Origin: Macrostomum lignano
Lineage: Eukaryota
DNA: 64,000 bases
Direction: 5' to 3'
NCBI GenBank assembly: GCA_002269645.1
Contig: NIVC01003112.1
Location: forward strand, 1-64,000
Below the pieces are notes generated by a model. That model was not told the origin of the DNA. It worked only from the letters and a program-made list of their open reading frames with translations, and did not search any database. Every line of letters starts with the position of its first letter. The stretch's first letter is position 1. Positions 12,613-23,852 of this stretch are shown here, piece by piece. The position numbers and the translations under genes are program-made.

Positions 12613-13320
12613 GTAAGGCCTACCGCAGTTTCAATGTACACGTAAGTTAATTTTATTAGGGCAGATATGCTTTAAACAGTACATCAGTAGTTTTAGCTTG
12701 GAAAATGTTAATGGATAGACAGAGAGTTGGAGAGTTTGCACCTAAAGGGATTAATATTAATATATCCACCTATTGAATTCTTGTTATAAATCTTTCAAAA
12801 AATAATCTCCTGGATTCCTTTCTCAATTCTTTAATCGCTAAACACTAGGATTAGGGAATCTCATGAACCTGGTGGGCAGCAACCTACAAATTAAAGACCA
12901 GTTAGTCCACTAAGATAGATCAGAAATAAACCAGTAGCCTAAACCGCGAGAGGACTGCGACTGCATAATCGATTCTCTTACTGATGACTGAATTTACCTA
13001 CGCGGTAAGAACCAGAGTTAGTTAGTAGCATTTTGCCATGTAGCCAAAATATTACTAGCCTTTTTCCAACCAGCCTACTAGTAAGTATTATAAACGAAAT
13101 TTTAACAAACAACAAGCAAGAAATGGAAGAATTTTAATTCGCAATATCTCAAAATGTACAACATTTTCAAACATGTAGATAAGCCGTCCATAAAATATCA
13201 CTCTTTTATTACAAGTGCGGTTATGCTAGATTACGAATAAAACCGAGCAAGTCGATAGAAACAGAAAATTTAACAAGTCTTAATTATTTGGAGATTGTTT
13301 AGAAACTGTACTTTTACAGT

Positions 13321-13824
13321 TCAGCCGCCGTAGTTGCCCGTCACAACGAGCTGCACAGGGGGCGGGTTAGGGCTGGTCCTGCTGCCCAGTTCATCGCGCA
13401 GCCACATGTCATACAGCAGCCGGGCGTCGTCATTCAGCGCCCCACCGCGTACGGTGAGGCCCCCGAAGTTGCCCTGCCACTGCCTGATGAGCTCCTTGAG
13501 TCGGCCGACCGTCTCCCACCTGGCCGCGTGGACCTCGAACTCCCGACCGTCAGCTCGGCGAACCCTGACAGTCATGGCGTCCGGCAGGCTCTCTCCGGGC
13601 GCGAGGCGGCCCACCAGTCGCAGGTAGGACTCGGCCACGGACTGCGCCTCCGACAGCAGGCCGGGCCGCGGTCGCCCTCCGGCCTGAAGCTCCGACTGCA
13701 GGTCCTGAGCTCGTCTCCGCTCGTTCTCAGCAACCTCCGATGCAGGCCCTTTGGCGGCACTGCCGTCGGCTACGCTGGCAATGGCTCTACGGGTGAGTTG
13801 CTCGCTCTGCTGTCGGCTGGCCAT
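13321..13824 (-). CDS. Ubl-A: ubiquitin-like protein with an ~83-aa N-terminal extension and exposed C-terminal Gly-Gly (167 aa)
   Basis: Intronless GC-rich ORF. MTVRVRRADGREFEVHAARWETVGRLKELIRQWQG aligns with ubiquitin [35 protein letters not shown], followed by GLTVRGGALNDDARLLYD (cf. RLIFAGKQLEDGRTLSD) and ending VQLVVTGNYGG*. TATA box upstream and AATAAA at 13205-13210. Confidence 0.85.
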   Translation of the reverse strand: MASRQQSEQLTRRAIASVADGSAAKGPASEVAENERRRAQDLQSELQAGGRPRPGLLSEAQSVAESYLRLVGRLAPGESLPDAMTVRVRRADGREFEVHAARWETVGRLKELIRQWQGNFGGLTVRGGALNDDARLLYDMWLRDELGSRTSPNPPPVQLVVTGNYGG

Positions 13825-13884
13825 GTCTCAATCTGTTGGAGCAGTCCGTGGATTTTACAGGGCCGAGCCATTGTGGCTGGCTGC

Positions 13885-13971
13885 TTTTATAGATGACAGT
13901 CTCCGGGGCTGCTGCGATTCTGTGTGTCGAAGTTCGAATCGGCTCTAGATGAGTCAGAGTTTTCGATTTCG
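13885..13971 (-). promoter_or_regulatory. Ubl-A promoter: TATA box, AP-1 site and IRF/ISRE-like element
   Basis: Minus-strand CTATAAAA at 13885-13892, TGAGTCA at 13950-13956 and minus-strand CGAAATCGAAAACT at 13958-13971. Confidence 0.6.
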
Positions 13972-14894
13972 ATGCTAAGTTTAGCAGTGACGTTGTCAGT
14001 TTTTAAAAAAAATCGTCAGTATGTGATCGTGCGTAGCCCTCCTATGCCTATTTTTGGATGAGAGATGCCGTTTGCTATTTCCTAGAAATGTTTTAGGAAA
14101 ACGACAATTTCTTAGAAACTGTTCGAAACATTTGTGAAAAAATCCTCACTTCTATATTCAGCTTCTACACTTCAAGGGCCAGATAAAGAATCCAGATCAT
14201 GGCCTTGAGAGATGAGAGAAGAGATAGAGACAGAATAGGAGGAGAGAAGAAAGGGATGAGAAGAGAGCTGAGAAGATTGAGCAGGCCGGATTGCTATTTT
14301 GAAGTTTCAAAGGACCCTGAGGGCCGGATAGAGAGGCTTCGCGGCTGACATGTGGCCTGCGTGTAGAATCTACAAGAATGCATCCATGAGACTACGAGTT
14401 CAGCATCCAAGCCTTTCTACATGTATAAGGCTGACCTCATGAGATAAATGATTTAAAAAATTCAATTCTACCACGAACTGAAGGCGCCAAGCTCTGACGA
14501 ATAAAAGTTTATTTTACCGGATTTGTTCTTTCAATGATTAGAGGATGGTTTAAAACATTGCAATTTTTCACCTTGTAGGCGTTTTGTAACGGCCAGAAGC
14601 AGCAAGCAGAAGTGTACGCTGCATGGCTTCATGCAGTGTTGCAGCTGCAGTCCAATTGTTCTATTTTTAGCACCCCGAAGGTGAAACATTTATTGTAGGT
14701 TGGATTTTCCAAGTTAGCCAAATGCCTCCTGCTCAGCAACTAAATATGTGGAATTAAAGATTAACAACGCGAGGGAGTCAAGGACAATTTTTAAACTTCT
14801 TAGGATTTTTATTATTTGGTGGACTTATATTTTCACACATTATAAGAAATATAATCAGTAGATGTTCCGCAAATCACAGTAGAAATCGCGGGCG

Positions 14895-15259
14895 GAGAGC
14901 AAGCTGGTCTGGCGCAGCTGCCAGCGGCAGCCCCCGGGGTGACGTCGAGGAGGGTCAAAAATTTTTTTTGTCGGCCGCTTTGATTCGGCAGAAATCGAGA
15001 AGCGAAATTATTTCAAATAGAAAAATTAACGCGCGAGTTTTTTGGTTTGTCATACGGACAAAGTCGAGAGTAAATAGAATATAATAAGCAAGCATAAAAT
15101 CAATCAAGCCCCCATGTGGGCCAGCATGCAGTTTTACAGCAGCGGTGCTTTTGACAAATATGGGATAAATTCCGACGCAGTTCCCGGACGCCCCCGTCTT
15201 CACCTGGTCGCCGTCGCCCCGGGGGCTGCTGCTCAGCTGGGCCAGACCAGCTTGCTCTC
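14895..15259. repeat. Imperfect ~55-bp GC-rich inverted repeat pair separated by ~250 bp
   Basis: 14895-14950 GAGAGCAAGCTGGTCTGGCGCAGCTGCCAGCGGCAGCCCCCGGGGTGACG matches the reverse complement of 15204-15259. Confidence 0.8.
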
Positions 15260-15607
15260 TCGCACCCAGACCGCTACTAACCGATCTCATAGGCTACAGT
15301 TAGCTTAGCTAAAGTACATTTATAAGATATAGATGAGCTCGCGTATTCAGGTCTTGCTATCGAAAATAGCATCGCATAGCAACACAAAAACACGCACGAA
15401 ACTCATCTAAATCTGTATAAATGGGATGCTTTCCGGCAGCCAGGTGAAGTTTCAGAAGCTCCAGGAAATGAGTCGGATTTTTTTCCCTCGGGATCATTTG
15501 GGACTTTAATATGTTTCCATACAGTTAGTTAAAATTCTCCGCTGCCATAAAGACTACTAGCAAAAAAGGGCAAAGCAAAAAAAGTTAACCGAGTGGCCGT
15601 CCAAAGT

Positions 15608-16090
15608 TCAGCCGCCGGCGTTGCGCACCGTGCTCTGCACTCTGGGCTGGCTGCCATTGGCAACCGTCAGGCTCCCCAGCTGGTTGCGCAGCCAAAGATC
15701 AAATAGAGGCCGGTTGTTGGCCACCGGCCGACCGTCCATGATGAGGCCGCCGCCGCCGATCCGCTCCTGAAGCGACTTCACGGTCTCCCAGCGGGGCACC
15801 GACACCTGGATCGGTCGCCCGTCAGTGCCGTGCACGCGGACCGACATGTTTCCCACCAGGCTCTCGTTCGGGGCCAGCCGACCGACTTGCCGCAGGTAGT
15901 TCTCGGCCACGGACTCGGCCTCGGACAGCAGGCCGGGACGCAGCTGGGGGCCAGCTTGGAGCTCCGCCTGGAGCTCGAGAGCTCGTTGCCGCTCCTGCTC
16001 CAAGTGAGCGGCTTGGCCTGCGCTGCCATCAGCGATGCTGTCGATGGCCCTTCGAATGAGCTGCCTTCGTGCATTCTCCGGTGCTGACAT
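15608..16090 (-). CDS. Ubl-B: paralog of Ubl-A with exposed C-terminal Gly-Gly (160 aa from ATG 16090)
   Basis: Starts AAAAATATG; the ORF track extends it from a non-ATG start. Shares RRAI.S.ADGSA, RPGLLSEA.SVAE.YLR.VGRLAP.ESL, M.VRV...DGR, RWETV and L.D.WLR..LGS with Ubl-A, and ends VQSTVRNAGG*. Confidence 0.85.
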   Translation of the reverse strand: MSAPENARRQLIRRAIDSIADGSAGQAAHLEQERQRALELQAELQAGPQLRPGLLSEAESVAENYLRQVGRLAPNESLVGNMSVRVHGTDGRPIQVSVPRWETVKSLQERIGGGGLIMDGRPVANNRPLFDLWLRNQLGSLTVANGSQPRVQSTVRNAGG

Positions 16091-16179
16091 ATTTTTCTTT
16101 AAACAAGCAGACGTTTCAAGAGTTCTAGAAGTTGAAGCCTTGCACTCGCTTAGCTCTTCCACGGCATTTCCTTGCCGTG

Positions 16180-16210
16180 TTTATATAGACTGTCGCCGTT
16201 TTCGATTTCG
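16180..16210 (-). promoter_or_regulatory. Ubl-B promoter: TATA box and IRF/ISRE-like element
   Basis: Minus-strand CTATATAAA at 16180-16188 and CGAAATCGAAAAC at 16198-16210. A further GAAATCGAAAA (16500-16510, plus strand) lies near TGAGTCA (16471-16477). Confidence 0.6.
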
Positions 16211-17435
16211 GCGCCAATTTTAGACATGACGCGGTGGTTTCATCATAAGCGAGCAATTCCGACCTTGGGACTGGGGCTCCCACGGACTGTCGGTACGGGT
16301 GCGGAGGGCGAATTGGACAGCAGAGAACAGCGCAGACTGAGAGCCAATAAGACCGTGTACTCTGTCAGCAAGTTGCTGAATGTTGCTTGGATTTTCCAAG
16401 AAAATTGAACTTATGCCCCACCTTGCAGTCCCGCTATGATATTTATAAAAAAATCTATTTCTGGAGCATCTGAGTCAGATCCAGAAGCGGTGTTATTTTG
16501 AAATCGAAAATTTTCGCTTTCGTTGTCATATTTTCATGGTGCTTTTGCAGCATCTTGCTCGGAGGGGTCTGATATTTGTACGTACTGTTGCCGTTGATGC
16601 ATTAAAAATTGTTTAACTGCGTACACGCCATATTGCCCGATGTACACTTACAGTATAGTGAGTCTCAAGCGTATGTATTTCTCAATCCCGTTAATAGAGA
16701 TTCATTACTTCTATGCACATTATTAACTAACTAATCTACCCCAAAAAGTTTGCAATGGTCCCGTATGACTTGTTTTGTGTCTAATCGATTAATTCATTTT
16801 GGCAATAAAATTTCCACTATTTTCATTGTTTCGAAAACTCAATAGAAATCAGATCTTAACACTTGAATTGCAATTTCGGGTAGGCTTCAAATAGCTAATT
16901 ATTCTACTCGTAGTAGAAAGTAAGACATTTTTGCAACGGAAAATTGCAGTACGTGGGTACAGACAATAGAGCGCTTGACTACAGACTAGATTTGCATGTG
17001 GCAATATTTTTTTAATGACACGAATAATAAATGTACACGTATAAAGTCGACCGTTTTCACTAGCATAACAATTCTAGTTGCTTAAACAAATTTTTCACGA
17101 ATGAAACGTCGCCACAAAAAACGAGGGCTAATATAGGCTATTAAAAGCTTCCTTTAATGTAATTAAGACATACATCCCAATAAGACGGATAGCCGTCCTT
17201 CCACACAGGTGTCAGAATGAGGGGGGGGCGTGGGGGGGCATGTCCCCACCACTTTTTTTAGCAATTTTTAATACATTTTCCTCCTAATAGAGTGCTTAAA
17301 TTGCTGGATGAGGACTTCATAAAAAAAGATAATTCTATGCAGGAGCGTCGCTTACCGAGGGTACAGGGGGACATGTCCCCAGCCCAGTAAAAGCTATGGG
17401 GGAACGCCAATTCTTTTTAAAACGTTCCGACGTCT

Positions 17436-17941
17436 ATGCTTCCACACTATGCTTCCCAGCTGTCTGTGATGGCCATGCAGCAATCGTTCACGAATCCCGA
17501 TCTGCGCGTCGTGATGAAGTTCCAGTTTCTGCAGAGCAAGCGGGCGCCAGAAATGGTTTGCAAGGCGGCTGCAACCGGTGTATACGGACTTTTGGCTCAA
17601 TCTGATCCGACGGGCGAAAGCGGTTCTAGCTGGTTGTTCAGGGAAGGACAAACGAATTATCTGGGAGGCCGCAGGCAGTGACTGGATGTCATGCACGTGA
17701 TTTTCTTTGATGTGCGAGGCGGCGTCCTGCTGGGCCGGTGCCAGGTGGTGCAGCTGTCAACAGCAACTACATGTACTTGCTGGCTGCTTCAGGAGAAATT
17801 TCGACATGCCATCCGTGTAGGAAGCGCCCGCAACTGCTGGAGAAGGATCGAGTCTTTATCTACTGGAATACGTGGAATACTCTCTGGAAATACGACTTGG
17901 GGGAAAAGTGCAGAGACCTTCGCGGTGGCTATGTGAACTGA
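17436..17941 (+). pseudogene. GC-rich coding-like region broken by stops/frameshifts; family unresolved (weak lectin-like hints)
   Basis: GC-rich island in AT-rich DNA with short ORFs in different frames (VYTDFWLNLIRR..., NSNYMYLLAASGEISTCHPC..., IYWNTWNTLWKYD). No single intact frame. Confidence 0.3.
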
Positions 17942-18264
17942 CCAAATGTTGTACATGTACTTACTGCCTTGACAGACGCGTGGTTCTAAAGAGGCAGCTT
18001 TGATAAAAATTTATCGCTTACCGAAAAAAACTGAATACACTGTAAGTTTAACAAGACCAAACTTTCATATTCATAGGATCTAAATTCCACAGCACCAAGT
18101 TTTATTGTATTATTAAGTTATCGATTTCATAAATTAAGACTTAAGTTATGAAATCCACTTTCTTAACTTAACCACTTTCATAAGTCTTATAAAATTTTGG
18201 AGTTGCGAAATGGCATGCTAATTTGATTGTTTGACAATGTGAAATATAGAGGATATAAAGGTTT

Positions 18265-18552
18265 CTACTGTTAGGTGACAGAGTCATGTCTACAATCCAA
18301 TTCTTGGGGGTTCGATTCTCGACCCACTCGGAACAATTTGTGTCCTTGAGCAAGACACTTAACTCTGCATTGCTTCAGTTCACCCAGCAGTGAAATGGGT
18401 GTGCCAGCATTAGCTGGGTGTGTAGCGAACCCCCTCCCAGTCCTTGGACTAAACAGCCATACGCAGCCTCAGATGCATGGCACAATAGCTAAGGCTGGGC
18501 TGTCAATTGCACACCTGTCCATTAGGGTAGGTGTAATCAATGATTATTATAC
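18265..18552 (+). mobile_element. tRNA-derived SINE with a CORE (MIR-like) domain, 5' end decayed
   Basis: B-box GGTTCGATTC at 18309-18318, then GTGTCCTTGAGCAAGACACTTAACTCTG...CTTCAG...GTGAAATGGG resembling the CORE-SINE consensus, and an (ATT)n tail. A second copy lies at 52118. Confidence 0.7.
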
Positions 18553-19853
18553 ATAGGCTGCTCCAATAACCAAATCTATGCATGGCAGTTGACAAAGCAC
18601 TAGGTATCTTTGTCAGGGTATACCTAGCCCTGGCAGAGTCAGCAGTAAGTACCTCTTGTACTAGCTGGGGTCACTGAGGGCACAACAGGTTGCTTAGACA
18701 GACTAGGCTACTGCAGCAATATTGCATTGTATTATTCATTGCTAATCTTGATATATTGTGTTAACATATTGTCAGTCTGTTATCCAAGGCAAGGCTCAGA
18801 TTTCAACTTCTTACCTGCCTATCAGTGCACAGTTTTTTTGCATATACTATAAGATATTTCCTTTGTATCTTTTCATTTTTTATTCTTCTATAAACAATCT
18901 CTTAATATCATTGCACTTTTTTAGTAACATTAAATATCATAATTAAAAAAATAAAGCAAATATTAAAAGCCATTGAGGTTTCATTTTATAGCACCACAGA
19001 TTAATTTTAAATACTCAAAATATAATCTCAATTCATAATAGGATAAAAATCAGTTCATATATTTATACTTGAAAAATCACAAAGATCTGTGACATTTGAA
19101 AATATATAATCAATATTTAGTTGGCTTTGTTTAATAGCAACAATCAAAAAGACAAGTATAAGAATATGTCAAAGTTGGGACATCATTTTTATTAAAACAA
19201 TCAGTTTTTATTGCAAAATAAGTAATAAACATGTAAAATAAACATTCTTTCTTCACTTGATGAACTTCACTTCACTTGATCATCAAAAAGTATAAGACAA
19301 TCTCAATACTGAATAAGCACCAAAAACAATATAATGTAATTGAGAGAAGTGCATCTGTTTTATATAAACGGACCTCCTTGCAGTTGAAGGACTTGATGTC
19401 TGATAGCCTGAAAGTATAAAGTGGATGCATGAAAATAAAGAGAATCAGTCATTTATTTTTAGGGTATATGGTTTTGTTGTATTTTGGTCTAATAGGTGAT
19501 TTAATCACTAATTGGTGATTAATAGGACTTGCTCTTCTTATTCTAAGTGTTGGGCACTGTTAATCAAAATCTTAATTTCCATTAATAGCAAAAGCGTTAG
19601 CATTAAAACAAAAAAACTTAACTTATTAACTCTTAATTTTGTTAAGTTAAGTGATAATTGTTAATAAGCATTAATCCATTTTAAGTTAACATAGAAAATA
19701 CAGAAATCTTACACTTTTTCCAAAACAGACTTCCTTAATGTACTGTCTTTGCTTTTCCACCTTTTTAGCAAAACACAGAGGTCATCTAAGGGATTTACAA
19801 GCTAAAAAAGTAATAAATAATAATTTTAAAAAACTTGAATGTATAATACTACT

Positions 19854-21695
19854 TCTTTTTCTCTTAGCTGCAGGGCTGTCCCGGAGGGGACACAGTGGGA
19901 AGGCACAGGCGCCCATTCCGCTAATCCCTGAACAGCCGACGCGTCGCTATGGACGGAGGGTTGGCGCCGCCCAGGGAGGTCCCCCAGTGTCGCCAGCAGC
20001 TATAGTGCTCTCTGGAAAGGAGAGTTCAGCCCTGTGGGTGGCCCAAAGGTAGCGCATGAGCTGATTAAAGTTTTCGGGTTTGCACGCTTCAGTAATAGAT
20101 GTGTGTGGCCCGAGGTAAGTGAGTCTGGCCCGCGTGAAAGCGGGACAGATGCTGACGAAATGCTCAGCGGTTTCGTCACCTGAGTTGCAGAAACTACAGG
20201 TGGCGTTGGTGGCGTTGCCCTGCAGGTACTGGTGCCTGGAGAAGCAGCCGTGACCTGAGAGGGTCATGGTGGCAGCCCGGATGTCTCTGCGCAAGAGGCG
20301 CAAGAGGAGCTTCCGGAGCTGGTGAGAGGGCTGAGGGACAGTGCCTCTGGATTGCCTGCAGTTTGTGCGGTTCGCCCAAGACGAGCGGTGCTGGGTCCTG
20401 ATCCACGCTTTGATGCGCGAGTCGATGACACAGCCAGGAATCGGGACAAGAGGTTCGGGGCCGAGAGAGGAGCCAGAGGCACCAACTTTTGCAAGGATGT
20501 CAGCCAGCTCATTTCCTCGGATCCCCACATGCCCCGGAACCCACTTAAGGGTAATTTTGTTGGCGGAACCCAACACGTTGAGAAGTTTGATACAGTCAAG
20601 GACTGTAGCAGAGTTCGTGCTGCAGCCACTGATGGCGTGCAAGGCAGCTTGGCTGTCCGAATGGAAAATGATGTTCTTGCCAATAACGCCAGTGGCGAAA
20701 AGCTCTGCAGTGCAGGAGCTGATGGCCAGAACTTCATTTTGGAAAACACTGGAGTTGACCCCAGTGTATTGAGCATGGGTAGCGATGACCCTCCCGTTCA
20801 GAAAGATTCCAACACCAAAGCCGGTGTTGGCTGACTGCTTAGAACCGTCAGTGTAGCAATGAAGCTCACCAAGGTTCCATTGGTCATTGATGTTATCGCG
20901 CGAGTTGATAGCTACGGAGTAGCGCTGTCTCAGGTTGAGCGTTGAGGCAATGCGATTGGTGAAAACGCGATTGGCCTGACACTCGTTGAGAAAGTTGAGG
21001 CACAGGTCGCTATGCGGGACAAGGTTCTGCTTAGCAGGTGCTCTCATGTAAATGAATTTGACGCTGGCATCAATTAGACGCCGCGTCGTTCTAGCCGCCT
21101 CACCCCTGACGAAGAGGTCAAGAGGCGGTAGATTAAGGAAGGCCCCCATGCCAGCAAAGGGCGTGGACCTGGTGGCGTTGCAGATGAGCCTACACGCTCT
21201 GCCTTGGATCGTGTTGAGCAGGTCTGCATGGCTTTTGACCTGGGTAGCGCTAACCCAGACAACTGAGGCGTATGTAATAGCAGGTCTAACTACAGAAGTA
21301 TAGATCCACCAAAGCCGCTTTGGGGATAGACCCCAAGAAGTGCCAAGTGCTCGTCGGAGCTGGGCCAGGATGGCTGAGGCACGCTTGGCTTTTGCTTTCA
21401 CGTGGAAGGACCAGTTGAGCCGGTGGTCAAGTGTGACCCCGAGACATCTGGTCTGGTGCGCCAAGGCAATATCTCTGCCATAGAGCTGCAGAGGTCATAT
21501 GTTCTAGCGTATTCTGCTGGTGAACATAATGGCAACAGTTTTGGGCTCGGAGAGTTCCAGACCATTGTCATTGGCCCAGGATTCTGCTTTGTGGATAAAG
21601 CTCTGCATCAGATCCCTGAGCGTGCTGGGAGACGGTCCTGCCACAATGGCCGTGACCGTGACGTCATCAGCATACCCGACTTTGAAGACGGGTTC
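19854..21695 (-). mobile_element. 5'-truncated non-LTR retrotransposon (RT C-terminal half, RNase H, CCHC; LOA/R1/I-group type)
   Basis: GYADDV at about 21660-21675, two in-frame stops, then LGVTLDHRLNW, RNase H CYTDGSK...SDSQAAL...WVPGHVGIRGNELAD and CSFCNSGDETAEHFVSICP. A 13-bp TSD GTATAATACTACT lies at 19841-19853 and 21696-21708. Confidence 0.93.
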
Positions 21696-21716
21696 GTATA
21701 ATACTACTAAAAGTAA

Positions 21717-23245
21717 GACAATTTTCCTCTTTCATTTGTTAAATTAATTTTTTGCTTGAACACGAATAGTAGTAACTTAAAACGACAAAAAATGATAATA
21801 GTATGTCGTGGAGACCTTTGTAGCATTTAGAAAAGCATGAAATTAAAATTGCACCAAGGTGTGTAAGAAAGTGAAGCAACAACTGTCTTTTAGCAACTGT
21901 CTATGGTTAAAACTGCGGGGATATCTCTAGAAAACTAGAAGGGGGTACAAAGAAAATAATTTATAAGTCCTCTTAAGTTTTTAGTCAGCTACTGCTCAAA
22001 AACATACAATTATATTTAACAACATGGCTGGTCACCCTGCAGCACCTACATTTATAGTATCCCCTGGGCAAGTGCAACCTGCACTGGAGCTATGCAACAT
22101 TAATTTGACAATGCGGGAGCTTGCCACTATCATGACAACACCTCGAGACATTATCAACTGGATGGCAACATACCATCTTATTGCAAACCAATGGTCTTGC
22201 TTGACCTACCTTGGAGGTGGCGCCGGCAATATAATGGCACAACAAATGCGATTGCAATGATGTATGGGTGACCCATTCTTACTCTTAGATGGACTGGCAT
22301 AGGCATGCACTAGCTGTCGTGCCCAGGTGTCAGTTTGGAAGGGCTCATTTTTTGAAGCTAGTCATCTTATGCTGCAGCAGCTGCTGGATCTTATTTAGTG
22401 GTGGGCTACAGAAGCAAAGCAGGGTAAATGTCAATGACAATGCAACATTGGTCATAATGCTATTGTTGACTGGCAAAACTTCATCAGAGACATCTGTTCT
22501 TAGTACCTGATTGACCATCCAGTGGAACTAGGTGGTCCTAGTAGAGATATAGAGATAGACAAATCCTATTTCTTTCACCAAAAGTACCACCATGGTGCCT
22601 ACTGGCCTAGAAGTAGGTACTAAGCATGGTTGAATGTGGTGCCAGGAAGTGTGTAATGATTGCTATTCTTAACTGCACTGCTGCAATGCTGCTACCTTTG
22701 ATTCAATGCCATATTCTCCCTAGTACACGTGTGATTACTGATAGATAGCAAGCATATGCCCAGCTCCAGAATCATGCTGTTGTCAACCACCAGCTCTTAT
22801 TTATTGACAAATTGGGAGACCCAACTGTGCATACAAACCTCATTGAGGGGACATAGGCACACTGTAAGGCAAAGTTCCAAGCTATTCATAGTACAAGCCA
22901 GGCCCTCTTTAAGTCACATCTCAAGGAATTCATATGGCGCACCTATAGAACACCTTTTTGGCAACATACTCTTGGATTGCCCACTATTACCCCCTATAAA
23001 CCAAACTTCAAAGTTTTGACTTTTGAAGTTCATCATGTTTTCTAGTGATATCCCTGCAGTTTTAACCATAGACAGTTGCTAAAAGACAGTTGCTACTTCA
23101 CTTTCTTATACACCTTGTCACAATTTTAATTTCATGCTTTTCTAAATGCTATGAAAGTTTTAACAACATACTGTTATCGTTTTAAGTTAGTACTATTTAT
23201 ATTCAAACAAAAAATAAATTTAACAAATGAAAGAGGAAAATTGCC
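21717..23245 (+). mobile_element. Decayed Merlin (IS1595/ISXO2-like DDE) DNA transposon
   Basis: About 210-bp TIRs (21717-21934 and 23039-23245) starting G(G/A)CAATTTTCC, with an 8-bp TSD AAAAGTAA (21709-21716, 23246-23253). Interrupted frames give ELGGPSRDIEIDKSYFFHQKYHHG, VVNHQLLF, HTNLIEG and HLKEFIWR motifs. Confidence 0.88.
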
Positions 23246-23852
23246 AAAAGTAAGCATATAGTAAAAGAATTAACTCATTTATTTGAAACTTGAAAGTTAA
23301 TAATTAATAATTTTATTGGTTAATAATAAAATACAAATAGGAAGGTTGTTTCAGTAGCATTAGCAGGCGCAACAGAAAGTTACAAAAGATTGGGAAAGAA
23401 GTGAATCAAAGGGATTGATGCTCACATACAAGCATTTAAAAAGTTCATTATTAAGAAGTTGGTACATTTGCATTATCATTGTAATGCCTAATTAAGAGAT
23501 TAATTAGGCATTTAGATAGATTTGAATACATTCATAATGTTGTAGCTTCTCATTAGACTTATATTTTTGTTCTTTCTTTGCATCTTTGGTCACTGACATT
23601 ATCATTAACATTAACAATGAATTTGTCATTAACTCACAAAAATATTAATGCAAATTCGTTAATCCATTAGTGCAAAATATCTTAACGGCAGTCTATTAAT
23701 GTTAATGAATAATCTTAATGCTTATTAATGGATTAATGCTTATTAATGGACTGGTGCCCAAAACTGCTTATTCTCAACAAGTTTGTAATTTATAATTGTG
23801 TTATGGTCAATGTAAAAGCAGGGAAATTTGAAATGACTTACATTTTTATCAT

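Noticed and set aside
15608-16162. 184-aa version of Ubl-B in the ORF track
   Set aside because: It uses a non-ATG start only about 18 nt from the TATA box; alignment with Ubl-A supports ATG 16090.
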